64,000 bases of DNA, taken from assembly GCA_964574895.1 (NCBI GenBank), contig CAZNPB010000006.1, positions 16,879 to 80,878 of the forward strand. Reading direction: 5' to 3'. The stretch comes from an uncultured Eubacteriales bacterium (GTDB taxonomy: Bacteria > Acidobacteriota > Aminicenantia > Aminicenantales > Saccharicenantaceae). The translations under genes were made by a program, and so were the position numbers. Shown here piece after piece: positions 17,063-25,077 of this stretch. Every line of letters begins with the position of its first letter. The first letter of the stretch is position 1. Under the pieces are notes generated by a model. The model was not told where the DNA came from and did no database searches. It was given only the letters and a program-made list of their open reading frames with translations.

Positions 17063-19045
17063 ATGAAGCGCGCATCCGCCCCGGTTATCGCCTTGGCCGG
17101 ACTCATTGGAGGTTTGGCTCTCTTCGCCGCCGCCGGACCTTCCCTTCCGGCCGGACAGGCCGGCTCCGACCGGCCTCCCGTCCGCCTGGCCGAGGTTCCC
17201 AAGGAGCTGGCGCCGGTCGATTTCGTGGCCGTCGCTCCGACGATCGACGGCCGGCTCGACCGGGGGCTGGAAGGCCTGCCGCGGCGCGCTTTCTCCCAGG
17301 TCGATCCGTTCGGGCCGGCCGGGGAGCCGGTCGAAGCCCATTATCGCCTGGCCTACGGCGCCGACCTCCTTTACGTCTACGTCGAGGCCCGCGGCGACCG
17401 CCTGACCTTCAACGACCGGGCCTTTCAGAACGGCGACGGCTTCCACATGGTCATCGCCCGGCCCCGTCCCGGCGATGCGCCTTCCGACGAGTTCTACGTC
17501 GCGGCCTGCTCGGCGGTCGACCGGCCCGAGCTCGAGTGGTCCCGTCGCGTCTTCTGGTATTACAACGTCGACAAGATCTTCGTCCCGATGAGCCCGCGGG
17601 CCCAGGCGGCCTCGGCGGCGCACGACGGCGTCGTCTCGTTCGAGCTTCTGGTGCCCTGGCAGGACCTCCATCCTTTCCATCCCTGGCTGCCCGGGGAGGG
17701 GATCGGCTTCAACATCGGATTCGTCAAGGCCAGCGGCCCGGGCGCCCTTTACTACCGTGTCCTGCCCGACGATCTGGGCCGGGAAAACCAGCCCCGCCGC
17801 TACCTCCGGCTGCGCTTCGCCGAACCGGCCCTGGACGGGGGCGCGCAGACGTTCGTCCGGCTCGAGCGCAACCACCTCGAGCGGGGCGAGGCGCTGCGGG
17901 CCCGGTCTGTCACGCTGTCCTCCGGCGAGGGCGCGGAGGCCCTGCGGGCGTCCGTCCTGAGCGGGGAAGGGACCACCCTGGCGCGGACCGTCGCCGAATA
18001 TCCCTGCCGCCGCGGGCTGACGTCGCACGAATTCGGCATCGACGCGGCCGACCTGCCGCCGGGCGGGTACCGGGTGTCCTGGAGCTCCCAGTACGGTCAT
18101 TCCAAGGGCGACGAGACGACGCGGGCGGCGGGCCTGACCATCATGCCCGCGGCCGTCGCCGACGTCTATGCCCGGCGGCTCGAGGCCGTGACCGGCCGGA
18201 TCTCCCCGGGCAGCGCGACGACCCTGCGTTTCCTGCTCGACGAGGCCGTCGCTTCGCTCCGGGCGGCCAAGGCCTACGAGACGACGGCCCGGGAGCGGCT
18301 GGCCCTGCTGCGCGTCGAGGAGGACCTGGCCCAGGCCGAGTCGGGCCGGGACCTCTTCGCCGCTCGGACCGGGTACATGCGCCGGGCCTTCCGCTCCAAG
18401 GTCGACGGCACCCTCCAACCCTACGCCGTCCGGGTTCCGGCCGGCTTCGACCGCAACCTGGCGAAGAAGTATCCGCTCATCGTCTATCTCCACGGCAGCG
18501 CTTCGGACGAGACGAACCTGGCCGGCGTCGACTACCTGAGCCGGGGCGACTGCATCGAGATGGCGCCCCGCGGCCGGGGGCCGTCCAACGCCTTCTCCCG
18601 CGACCACGCCCAGGAGGACATCGCCGAGGCCATCGCCGCGGTCGCCGCCAGCTACCCGGTCGACGAGACCCGGATCGTCCTGACGGGGTTCTCCATGGGC
18701 GGCTACGGCGCTTACCGGACGTACTTCGAGCGTCCCGGGCGGTTCCGGGCCCTGGCGGTATTCTCCGGCCACCCCGATCTGGCCAACAGCTATTTCCCCG
18801 GCGAGGCGCACCCGAATTTCCTCGAAGACAAGACGCTCGGCCGGTTCAAGGGCCTGCCCGTCTTCGTCTTTCACGGCGCCGAAGACCGCAACTGCCCCTT
18901 CGAGGTCACGCGGGAGCTCGTCGCGAAGCTCCGCAAGGCCGGGGCCAAGGTCGAGTTCGTCACCGAGCCGGGGGCCGGCCATCAGCGGCCGGGGGCAGAG
19001 GCCCTGCGGCGCTACCAGGCCTGGCTCGAGTCCGTGCTCCGTTAG
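17063..19045 (+). CDS. secreted serine hydrolase/esterase (alpha/beta fold, GFSMGG) with an N-terminal CBM9/DOMON-like domain
   Basis: Signal peptide MKRASAPVIALAGLIGGLALFAAA, IDGRLDRG… module, C-terminal GFSMGG nucleophile elbow. GGAGG SD. Confidence 0.7.
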   Translation: MKRASAPVIALAGLIGGLALFAAAGPSLPAGQAGSDRPPVRLAEVPKELAPVDFVAVAPTIDGRLDRGLEGLPRRAFSQVDPFGPAGEPVEAHYRLAYGADLLYVYVEARGDRLTFNDRAFQNGDGFHMVIARPRPGDAPSDEFYVAACSAVDRPELEWSRRVFWYYNVDKIFVPMSPRAQAASAAHDGVVSFELLVPWQDLHPFHPWLPGEGIGFNIGFVKASGPGALYYRVLPDDLGRENQPRRYLRLRFAEPALDGGAQTFVRLERNHLERGEALRARSVTLSSGEGAEALRASVLSGEGTTLARTVAEYPCRRGLTSHEFGIDAADLPPGGYRVSWSSQYGHSKGDETTRAAGLTIMPAAVADVYARRLEAVTGRISPGSATTLRFLLDEAVASLRAAKAYETTARERLALLRVEEDLAQAESGRDLFAARTGYMRRAFRSKVDGTLQPYAVRVPAGFDRNLAKKYPLIVYLHGSASDETNLAGVDYLSRGDCIEMAPRGRGPSNAFSRDHAQEDIAEAIAAVAASYPVDETRIVLTGFSMGGYGAYRTYFERPGRFRALAVFSGHPDLANSYFPGEAHPNFLEDKTLGRFKGLPVFVFHGAEDRNCPFEVTRELVAKLRKAGAKVEFVTEPGAGHQRPGAEALRRYQAWLESVLR

Positions 19046-19056
19046 CCGCCGGGCTC

Positions 19057-19085
19057 TGGATATCCCGCCAGCTAGGGGTTATAAT
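19057..19085 (+). promoter_or_regulatory. promoter of tldD (-35 TGGATA, 17-nt spacer, -10 TATAAT 19080-19085)
   Basis: Hexamers read directly. GAGGTG SD precedes the ATG at 19141. Confidence 0.4.
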
Positions 19086-19140
19086 CGGCGGCGTCGATGT
19101 TCGACCGCATCCGCAACGTCCTCCGCGGCGAGGTGAAGCC

Positions 19141-20664
19141 ATGACCAACTCGTTCTATTCCGTCGAAGACATCCCCCGGCGCCGGTTCCTGGAGCTCGGG
19201 ATCAAAGGCGGCATCGTTCTGGCCGCCGCGCCGTCGCTTTTGAGCTGCGCCAAGAAGGGAATGGCGCCGCCGCCGCCCCAGTTCGCCCTCGAGGACCTGA
19301 ACCGGGTCATCCGGCGGGCCCTGGCCAAGGGCGGCGAGTTCGCCGAGGTCTACATCGAGAACCGCGTCTCGCGCTCCATCCTCCTCGAGGAGGGCAAGTT
19401 CAAGAGCGCGATCTACGGCCTGAGCCGGGGCGCCGGCGTCCGGGTCATCGCGGGCGACAAGACCGGCTACGCCTACACCGACGACCTGACGCAGGAGGCC
19501 TTCCTGAGGGCCGCCGACGTGGCCTCGTACGTGGCCCGCGGGGCCAAGGCCGCGGCGCCGGTCGACCTCAAGGAAGAGAAGCGGCCGTCCTACATCACGG
19601 TCAAGGCGCCGCTCCAGACGGTGGCCGACGACAAGCGCCTGGAGATCATGAAGCGGGCCCAGGACGCGGCCCTGAGCTATGATCCCCGGGTCAAGATGGC
19701 CTCCATCGACTACTACGACGAGGTCCGCGGCCGGGTCATCGCCAACAGCGAGGGGCTCTACCTCGCGGACGAGCTGCCGCTCATCTTCTTCATCGTCCAG
19801 GCCCTGGCGGCCGGCAACGGCACGTCCCACATGGGCCGCGAGCGCCTGAGCCGCCACGCCGGGATCGAGATGTTCGACGACCTCAAGCCGGAAGACGCGG
19901 CCCGCAACTCGGCCCGCGAGGCCGTGGCCATGCTCGAGGCCCAGGACGCCCCGGCCGGCAAGATGGACGTGCTCATGCAGAACGGCTGGGGCGGGGTCCT
20001 GGTCCACGAGGCCGTCGGCCACCCGCTCGAGGGCGACAACATCGCCCGCGAGACGGGCGTCTTCGTCGGCAAGCTCGGCCAGATGGTGGCCGACCCCAAG
20101 TTCACGATGATCGACGACGGCACGCTGCCCTGCTTCCGCGGCACGACCAACTACGACGACGAGGGCACGCCGATGCGGCGCAACGTCCTCATCGAGGGCG
20201 GCAAGCTGGTCGGCTTCATGACCGACATCCTGTCGGCCAAACAGCTCAAGATGGAGCGCACCGGCAACGGCCGCCGCGAGTCGTTCCGCTACATGCCGAT
20301 CGTCCGGATGACCAACACCTTCATCGAGAACGGCGCGGACAAGCCGGCCGACATCCTGGCCTCGACCAAGAGCGGCCTCTACGTCCAGAGCCTGAGCGGC
20401 GGCAGCGTCAACCCGACCGACGGCGTTTTCAACTTCACCTGCCGCGAGGCCTACCTGATCGAGGACGGCAAGAAGACCGTGCCGGTCAAGGGGGCCACGC
20501 TCATCGGCAACTGCCTCGACGTCGTCCGGGGCGTGGACGCGGTCGGGGACGACCTCGACTTCGGGCCGGGCATCTGCGGCAAGGGCCAGGCGGCCGAGGT
20601 CACGGCCGGGCAGCCCACGGTCCGCATCCGGGGCATCAACGTCGGCGGCTCGCGGGCGAGATAG
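19141..20664 (+). CDS. tldD: TldD metalloprotease (TldD/PmbA family) with Tat signal and lipobox
   Basis: TldD family fold. N-terminus PRRRFLELGIKGGIVLAAAPSLLSC combines a twin-arginine motif with an LLSC lipobox. Confidence 0.85.
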   Translation: MTNSFYSVEDIPRRRFLELGIKGGIVLAAAPSLLSCAKKGMAPPPPQFALEDLNRVIRRALAKGGEFAEVYIENRVSRSILLEEGKFKSAIYGLSRGAGVRVIAGDKTGYAYTDDLTQEAFLRAADVASYVARGAKAAAPVDLKEEKRPSYITVKAPLQTVADDKRLEIMKRAQDAALSYDPRVKMASIDYYDEVRGRVIANSEGLYLADELPLIFFIVQALAAGNGTSHMGRERLSRHAGIEMFDDLKPEDAARNSAREAVAMLEAQDAPAGKMDVLMQNGWGGVLVHEAVGHPLEGDNIARETGVFVGKLGQMVADPKFTMIDDGTLPCFRGTTNYDDEGTPMRRNVLIEGGKLVGFMTDILSAKQLKMERTGNGRRESFRYMPIVRMTNTFIENGADKPADILASTKSGLYVQSLSGGSVNPTDGVFNFTCREAYLIEDGKKTVPVKGATLIGNCLDVVRGVDAVGDDLDFGPGICGKGQAAEVTAGQPTVRIRGINVGGSRAR

Positions 20665-20690
20665 GGCCGGAAAGCAGAAAGGACGCGAAT

Positions 20691-22025
20691 ATGGACATCA
20701 AAGGGATCGCCGAACAGCTGGTCAAGCGCTGCCTCGAGAAGGGCGCCGACGCGGCCGAGGTCTATATCGAATCGGGCCGGAACCTGAGCCTGGACATCCG
20801 CAAGGGCGACATCGAGACCGTCCAGGAGGCCGCTTCCGCCGGGGCCGGCATCCGGGTCTTCGTCCAGGGGCGGATGGCCTTCGCCAGCTCCAACGACCTG
20901 GGCGACAAGGCCTTGGACGAGGCCGCCGGACGGGCCATCGCCTTCGCCCGGGTGACGACGGCCGACCCCAACAACGTCCTGCCGGACGACAAGGGCGAGA
21001 CCGCCGTGGCCGGGCTCTTCGACGCGCGCATCGCCCAGGTGCCGATGGAGGAGAAGATCGAGCTGGCCAAGCGCCTGGAGGCGCTGGCCCTGAAGGAGCC
21101 GCGGGTCACCAAGAGCGACGGCGCGAGCTACCGGGAGTCCGAGGCCGAGATCGCCATCGCCAACTCGAACGGCCTCGCCAAGAGCTATAAGGCGTCGGGC
21201 TGCGGCGTCGGCGTCTCGGTCGTGGCCGAGAAGGGCGAGCAGAAGTCGTCGGGCGGGGATTCCTGCAGCCGGCGGTTCTACGGCGACCTCAAGCCGGCCG
21301 AGGAGATCGCGGCCAAGGCGGGCCGCGAGGCGGCCGACATGCTCGACCCGCGGCAGGTCAAGACGCAGAAGGCCCCGGTCATCTTCCACGCCGACGTGTC
21401 GCGGGCCCTGCTGGGCGGCATCCTGGGCGCGGTCAACGGCGAGCGCGTCCTGCAGGGGGCCAGCTTCCTGGCCGGGAAGATCGGGCAGAGGATCGCCGTC
21501 GAGGGCCTGACCGTCGTCGACGACGGCACCCTCGCGAAGGGCCTGGCGAGCGCCCCGTTCGACGGCGAGGGCGTGCCCACCGGGCGGCGGGTCATCGTCG
21601 AGAACGGCGTGCTGCGGAGCTTCATGTACAACACCGCCGTGGCCAAGCGGGCGGGCGTGCGGAGCACGGGCAACGCCTCGCGCGGCGGCTTCGACGGCCT
21701 GCCCGGCATCGGGCCGCACAATTTCCACATGCTCGCCGGGACGGCCAAGTACGACGACATCATCGCCGCTACCAAGACGGGACTGCTCGTCAAGAGCGTC
21801 ACCGGCTACGGCATCAACGCGGTCAACGGCAACTTCAGCGGCGGCGCGGCCGGGTTCTGGATCGAGAACGGCAAGATCGCCTTCCCGGTGCAGGGCCTGA
21901 CGATCGCCGGCACGGCCGACGAGATCCTGAACGGCATCGACCTGATGGCCGACGACCTCGACCCGAACGACGCCATGGCCGCGCCGACCCTGCGGATCAA
22001 GCTGCTGCAGATCGGCGGCGAATAG
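20691..22025 (+). CDS. pmbA: PmbA/TldE metalloprotease partner, no signal peptide
   Basis: PmbA/TldD family. Immediately downstream of tldD with a 26-bp gap. Confidence 0.85.
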   Translation: MDIKGIAEQLVKRCLEKGADAAEVYIESGRNLSLDIRKGDIETVQEAASAGAGIRVFVQGRMAFASSNDLGDKALDEAAGRAIAFARVTTADPNNVLPDDKGETAVAGLFDARIAQVPMEEKIELAKRLEALALKEPRVTKSDGASYRESEAEIAIANSNGLAKSYKASGCGVGVSVVAEKGEQKSSGGDSCSRRFYGDLKPAEEIAAKAGREAADMLDPRQVKTQKAPVIFHADVSRALLGGILGAVNGERVLQGASFLAGKIGQRIAVEGLTVVDDGTLAKGLASAPFDGEGVPTGRRVIVENGVLRSFMYNTAVAKRAGVRSTGNASRGGFDGLPGIGPHNFHMLAGTAKYDDIIAATKTGLLVKSVTGYGINAVNGNFSGGAAGFWIENGKIAFPVQGLTIAGTADEILNGIDLMADDLDPNDAMAAPTLRIKLLQIGGE

Positions 22026-22123
22026 GCGCGGTCGGGAGGCGGGAAGGCGCGGGCTTCCGGGAACGCGGCCTAGGCTTTGGCCGCGGCGAGGGCCCGGGCC
22101 AGGTCGGCCTGACTGATGGGGAC

Positions 22124-22152
22124 TTGACAAAGGCAATTATATGACTTATTAT
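22124..22152 (+). promoter_or_regulatory. promoter of the abiE operon (-35 TTGACA 22124-22129, 17-nt spacer, -10 TATTAT 22147-22152)
   Basis: Near-consensus sigma70 hexamers in an AT-rich island. Confidence 0.5.
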
Positions 22153-22153
22153 G

Positions 22154-22168
22154 TTGACAATTAGTCAA
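22154..22168. promoter_or_regulatory. perfect inverted repeat TTGACAATTAGTCAA over the predicted TSS: candidate AbiEi autoregulatory operator
   Basis: TTGAC-aatta-GTCAA read directly. AbiEi antitoxins are known to bind inverted repeats in their own promoter. Confidence 0.5.
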
Positions 22169-22187
22169 CTTAATAGGGCTAAATGTG

Positions 22188-22847
22188 ATGGCTATCGATA
22201 TCCGGGCCCGCATTCCGACCGAGATCTTCGACTATCAGACCCTGGTCGACGCCGCCAAGGAACTGGCCTACCCCCGGAACAAGATCAACGACCTGCTCCG
22301 GCAAGGCGTCATCGTCAGGGTCAAGAAGGGCTTGTACGTCTTCGGGGACCGGCAGCGGCGGCATCCTTATTCGAGGGAGTTGCTGGCCAATCTCGTTTTC
22401 GGCCCCTCCTACGTCTCCCTCGATTATGCGCTCGCCTATCATGGGCTCATTCCGGAAGGAGTTGAGGCCTTGACGTCGGTCACGCCGAATCGCCCGCGGC
22501 GGTTCGACACGCCGGTCGGCCTCTTCACTTATCGCCGGATCCCGGCCCGGGCTTACGAGACGGGCATGGTCCGCGTGGCGGGGGAGTATGGCCAGGCGTT
22601 CCTAATCGCTTCCCCGGAAAAGGCCTTGGCCGACAAGGTCGTCGCGGTGCGCGGGGCGGAAATCGGCACGACCAAGGCGCTGGCCCGGTTCCTCGAGGAC
22701 GACCTGCGGATCGACGCCGGGGGATTGCGGGCCTTTTCGGCCGAGAGGATCGCGGACTACGCTGAACGCTACCGGTCCCGGCGCCTGCGGCTGATGGCGG
22801 CGGTCATCAGGCGAATGGGGAAGGCCGGAAAGGGGGCCGCACGATGA
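22188..22847 (+). CDS. abiEi: AbiEi-family antitoxin / transcriptional regulator (type IV TA, abortive infection)
   Basis: Size, position and a 4-bp overlap (ATGA) with the downstream AbiEii-type gene. Winged-helix-like N-terminus. Confidence 0.65.
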   Translation: MAIDIRARIPTEIFDYQTLVDAAKELAYPRNKINDLLRQGVIVRVKKGLYVFGDRQRRHPYSRELLANLVFGPSYVSLDYALAYHGLIPEGVEALTSVTPNRPRRFDTPVGLFTYRRIPARAYETGMVRVAGEYGQAFLIASPEKALADKVVAVRGAEIGTTKALARFLEDDLRIDAGGLRAFSAERIADYAERYRSRRLRLMAAVIRRMGKAGKGAAR

Positions 22848-23710
22848 ACGAAGCCGTCCGTCAGATGCTGGCCTCTTACGAGGTTCGGGCCGTCGAGGAT
22901 TCCTTGCGGGCCCTGCGCGAGGTCATGCAGGAGATCGCCCTGCTCGGCCTGTGGCGGAGCAAGTTCTTCGAGAAGGCCGCCTTCTACGGCGGGACGGCGC
23001 TGCGGGTGCTTTATGGCCTGGACCGTTTCTCCGAGGACCTGGATTTCTCGTTATTGGAGAAGCGGCGCGACTTCGACCTGGCGGGCTACGGGCAGGCCCT
23101 CAAGAGGGAACTGGCCTCCTTCGGCTTCATGGTGGAGATCTCCGGCCGGAACAAGCCGCCGGAGGCGGCTATCCGGTCGGCGTTCCTCAAGGCCGATACC
23201 CGGACCCAAATGATCACCGTCGAGTTCGACCAGGCGCTCGTCCGGCAGGTGCCTCGCAACCACGTGCTGAAGATCAAGCTCGAGATCGACACCGATCCGC
23301 CGCCCGCATTCTCGACGGAAACGCGCTACCTCCTGCGCCCCATCCCCTTCGCCGTCCGGACGTTCAGCCTGCCGGACCTGTTCGCGGGAAAGATGCATGC
23401 GGTCCTCTGCCGCGGCTGGAAGAGCCGGGTCAAGGGGCGGGATTGGTACGACCTGGTCTGGTTCGCGGCCGGCCACCCGGAGCTCCATCTCGCGCATTTG
23501 GAACAGCGGATGCGCCAGACGGGGCATTGGACCGGAACGGCCGCCATGACGGACGCGGATCTGCGTGGTTTACTGGCCAGGCGCGTCGAGCACGTCGACG
23601 TCGGCCAGATCCGGCGCGAGGTCGAGCCCTTCGTCAAGGACCCCGCCTCCCTGGCGGTCTGGTCCAAGGAATTCTTTCTGGATGTAGCGGGGCGGATCAG
23701 GGTCGTCTAA
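22844..23710 (+). CDS. abiEii: AbiEii/AbiGii (DUF1814) nucleotidyltransferase toxin
   Basis: Hallmark FYGGTALRVLYGLDRFSEDLDF nucleotidyltransferase motif, plus a second conserved block WYDLVWF. 288 aa. Confidence 0.8.
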   Translation: MNEAVRQMLASYEVRAVEDSLRALREVMQEIALLGLWRSKFFEKAAFYGGTALRVLYGLDRFSEDLDFSLLEKRRDFDLAGYGQALKRELASFGFMVEISGRNKPPEAAIRSAFLKADTRTQMITVEFDQALVRQVPRNHVLKIKLEIDTDPPPAFSTETRYLLRPIPFAVRTFSLPDLFAGKMHAVLCRGWKSRVKGRDWYDLVWFAAGHPELHLAHLEQRMRQTGHWTGTAAMTDADLRGLLARRVEHVDVGQIRREVEPFVKDPASLAVWSKEFFLDVAGRIRVV

Positions 23711-23736
23711 GGCCGGCGTGGAAGCCCGCTCGTCGC

Positions 23737-24930
23737 TTACGCCTTTCCGAGGGCCCGGGCCAGGTCGGCCATAAGGTCCCGCGGGTCCTCGATGCCGACC
23801 GAGTAGCGGACGAGGCCCTCGGGGATGCCCATCGCGGCGCGCTCTTCGGGCGTGCACTCGACGTGGCTGGTCGTGGCGGGGGGGCCGGCCACGGTCTCGA
23901 TGGAGCCGAGGTTGGCCGCCCGGCGGGCCAGGGCCAGGGCCGGCAGGACGCGCTTGACGGCCTCGAAACCGCCTTTCAGCATGAAGCTCAGGACGCCGCC
24001 GTAGCCGCGCATCTGCCGGCGGGCGACGTCGTGATGGTCGTTCGACGCCAGGCCGGGATAGAAGACGGCGGCGACGGCGGGCTGCGACTCCAGCCAGCGG
24101 GCGATGGCCAGGGCGCTCGCGTTCTGGCGCTCGACGCGCAGGGCCAGCGTTTTCAGGCCGCGGATGATGAGGAAGGCGGCCATGGGGTCGAGGCAGGCCC
24201 CGTTGATCTCCCGGAAATGATAGATGCGCCCGACCAGGTCCGCGGCGCCGCAGACGAGGCCGCCCAGGGCGTCGGCGTGCCCGCCCAGGAACTTGGTGGC
24301 GCTGTGGATGACGAGATCGGCGCCCAGGGCCAGCGGGTTCTGGTTGATGGGCGTGGCGAAGGTGTTGTCGGTCACGACGATGGCGCCGGCGCGATGGCCG
24401 GCCGCGGCCAGCCGGGCGATGTCGACGACCTTGAGCGTCGGGTTGGTGGGGGACTCGAGGTAGAGGACCCGGCAGCCGCGGCCGACGGCGGCTTCGATGG
24501 CCTCGTGGTCGGTCGTGTCGCAGAGCTCGACCTGGACGCCGAAGCGGGGCAGGAACTCCAGGAAGAGCTTGTTCGTGCCGCCGTAGGAGTCCTTGACCGA
24601 GACGACCCGGTCGCCGGGGGAGAGCAGGGTGAAGAGGGTGTCGCTGATGGCGGCCATGCCGCTGGCGAAGCTGGCGGCGGCCGCGGCCCCCTCGAGCGTA
24701 CGGACCTTGGCCTCGAGAGCCGCGACGGTCGGGTTCGTGTTCCGGGAGTAGATGTGGCCGGGCGCGCGGCCCAGCGCGGCGTCGAGCCAGGCGTCGACGT
24801 CGGGATAGCCGTAGGCGGCGCTGTAGACGATCGGGACCTGGGTAGCGCCCTCGACCAGGCTGCCTTCTTCGCCGGCCCAAACGGCCAGCGTCGCGGGCGA
24901 AAGACCGTGATGTTCGTTTCGATCGCTCAT
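23737..24930 (-). CDS. PLP-dependent cystathionine gamma-synthase/beta-lyase family enzyme (Cys/Met metabolism)
   Basis: Cys/Met-metabolism PLP fold with active-site Lys in SATKFLGGH. GGAG SD. Confidence 0.85.
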   Translation of the reverse strand: MSDRNEHHGLSPATLAVWAGEEGSLVEGATQVPIVYSAAYGYPDVDAWLDAALGRAPGHIYSRNTNPTVAALEAKVRTLEGAAAAASFASGMAAISDTLFTLLSPGDRVVSVKDSYGGTNKLFLEFLPRFGVQVELCDTTDHEAIEAAVGRGCRVLYLESPTNPTLKVVDIARLAAAGHRAGAIVVTDNTFATPINQNPLALGADLVIHSATKFLGGHADALGGLVCGAADLVGRIYHFREINGACLDPMAAFLIIRGLKTLALRVERQNASALAIARWLESQPAVAAVFYPGLASNDHHDVARRQMRGYGGVLSFMLKGGFEAVKRVLPALALARRAANLGSIETVAGPPATTSHVECTPEERAAMGIPEGLVRYSVGIEDPRDLMADLARALGKA

Positions 24931-25007
24931 CGGGTGCTCCTGTCCGGCCGAACGAGGCTGAAAGCGGCCTTATTATTGCCGCCGCGTCGCGCGCCTGTCA
25001 ATGAGAT

Positions 25008-25050
25008 GGGGTCAAACCTACATTTTTTCGAAAATTGTAGGTTTGACCCC
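25008..25050. repeat. palindromic repeat element copy 1 (GGGGTCAAACCTACA-loop-TGTAGGTTTGACCCC)
   Basis: Perfect 15-bp arms around a TTTTTTCGAAAAT loop that is itself near-palindromic. Lies between the GH38 stop and the metB-like start. Confidence 0.85.
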
Positions 25051-25077
25051 ATCCGAATTTGACCTTTTCTTGCGCCT

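Noticed and set aside
16987-20664. 1225-aa plus-strand ORF spanning the esterase and tldD region, and similar very long ORFs (8254-11061 minus, 12117-13991 plus, 20451-22136 minus, 22951-25062 plus, 41793-44054 minus, 48147-50501 minus, 62161-63987 minus)
   Set aside because: They run antisense to or out of frame with genes that carry unambiguous catalytic motifs. Their translations are Arg/Gly/Pro/Ala low-complexity strings typical of stop-codon depletion in ~70% GC DNA. They were treated as GC3 artefacts.
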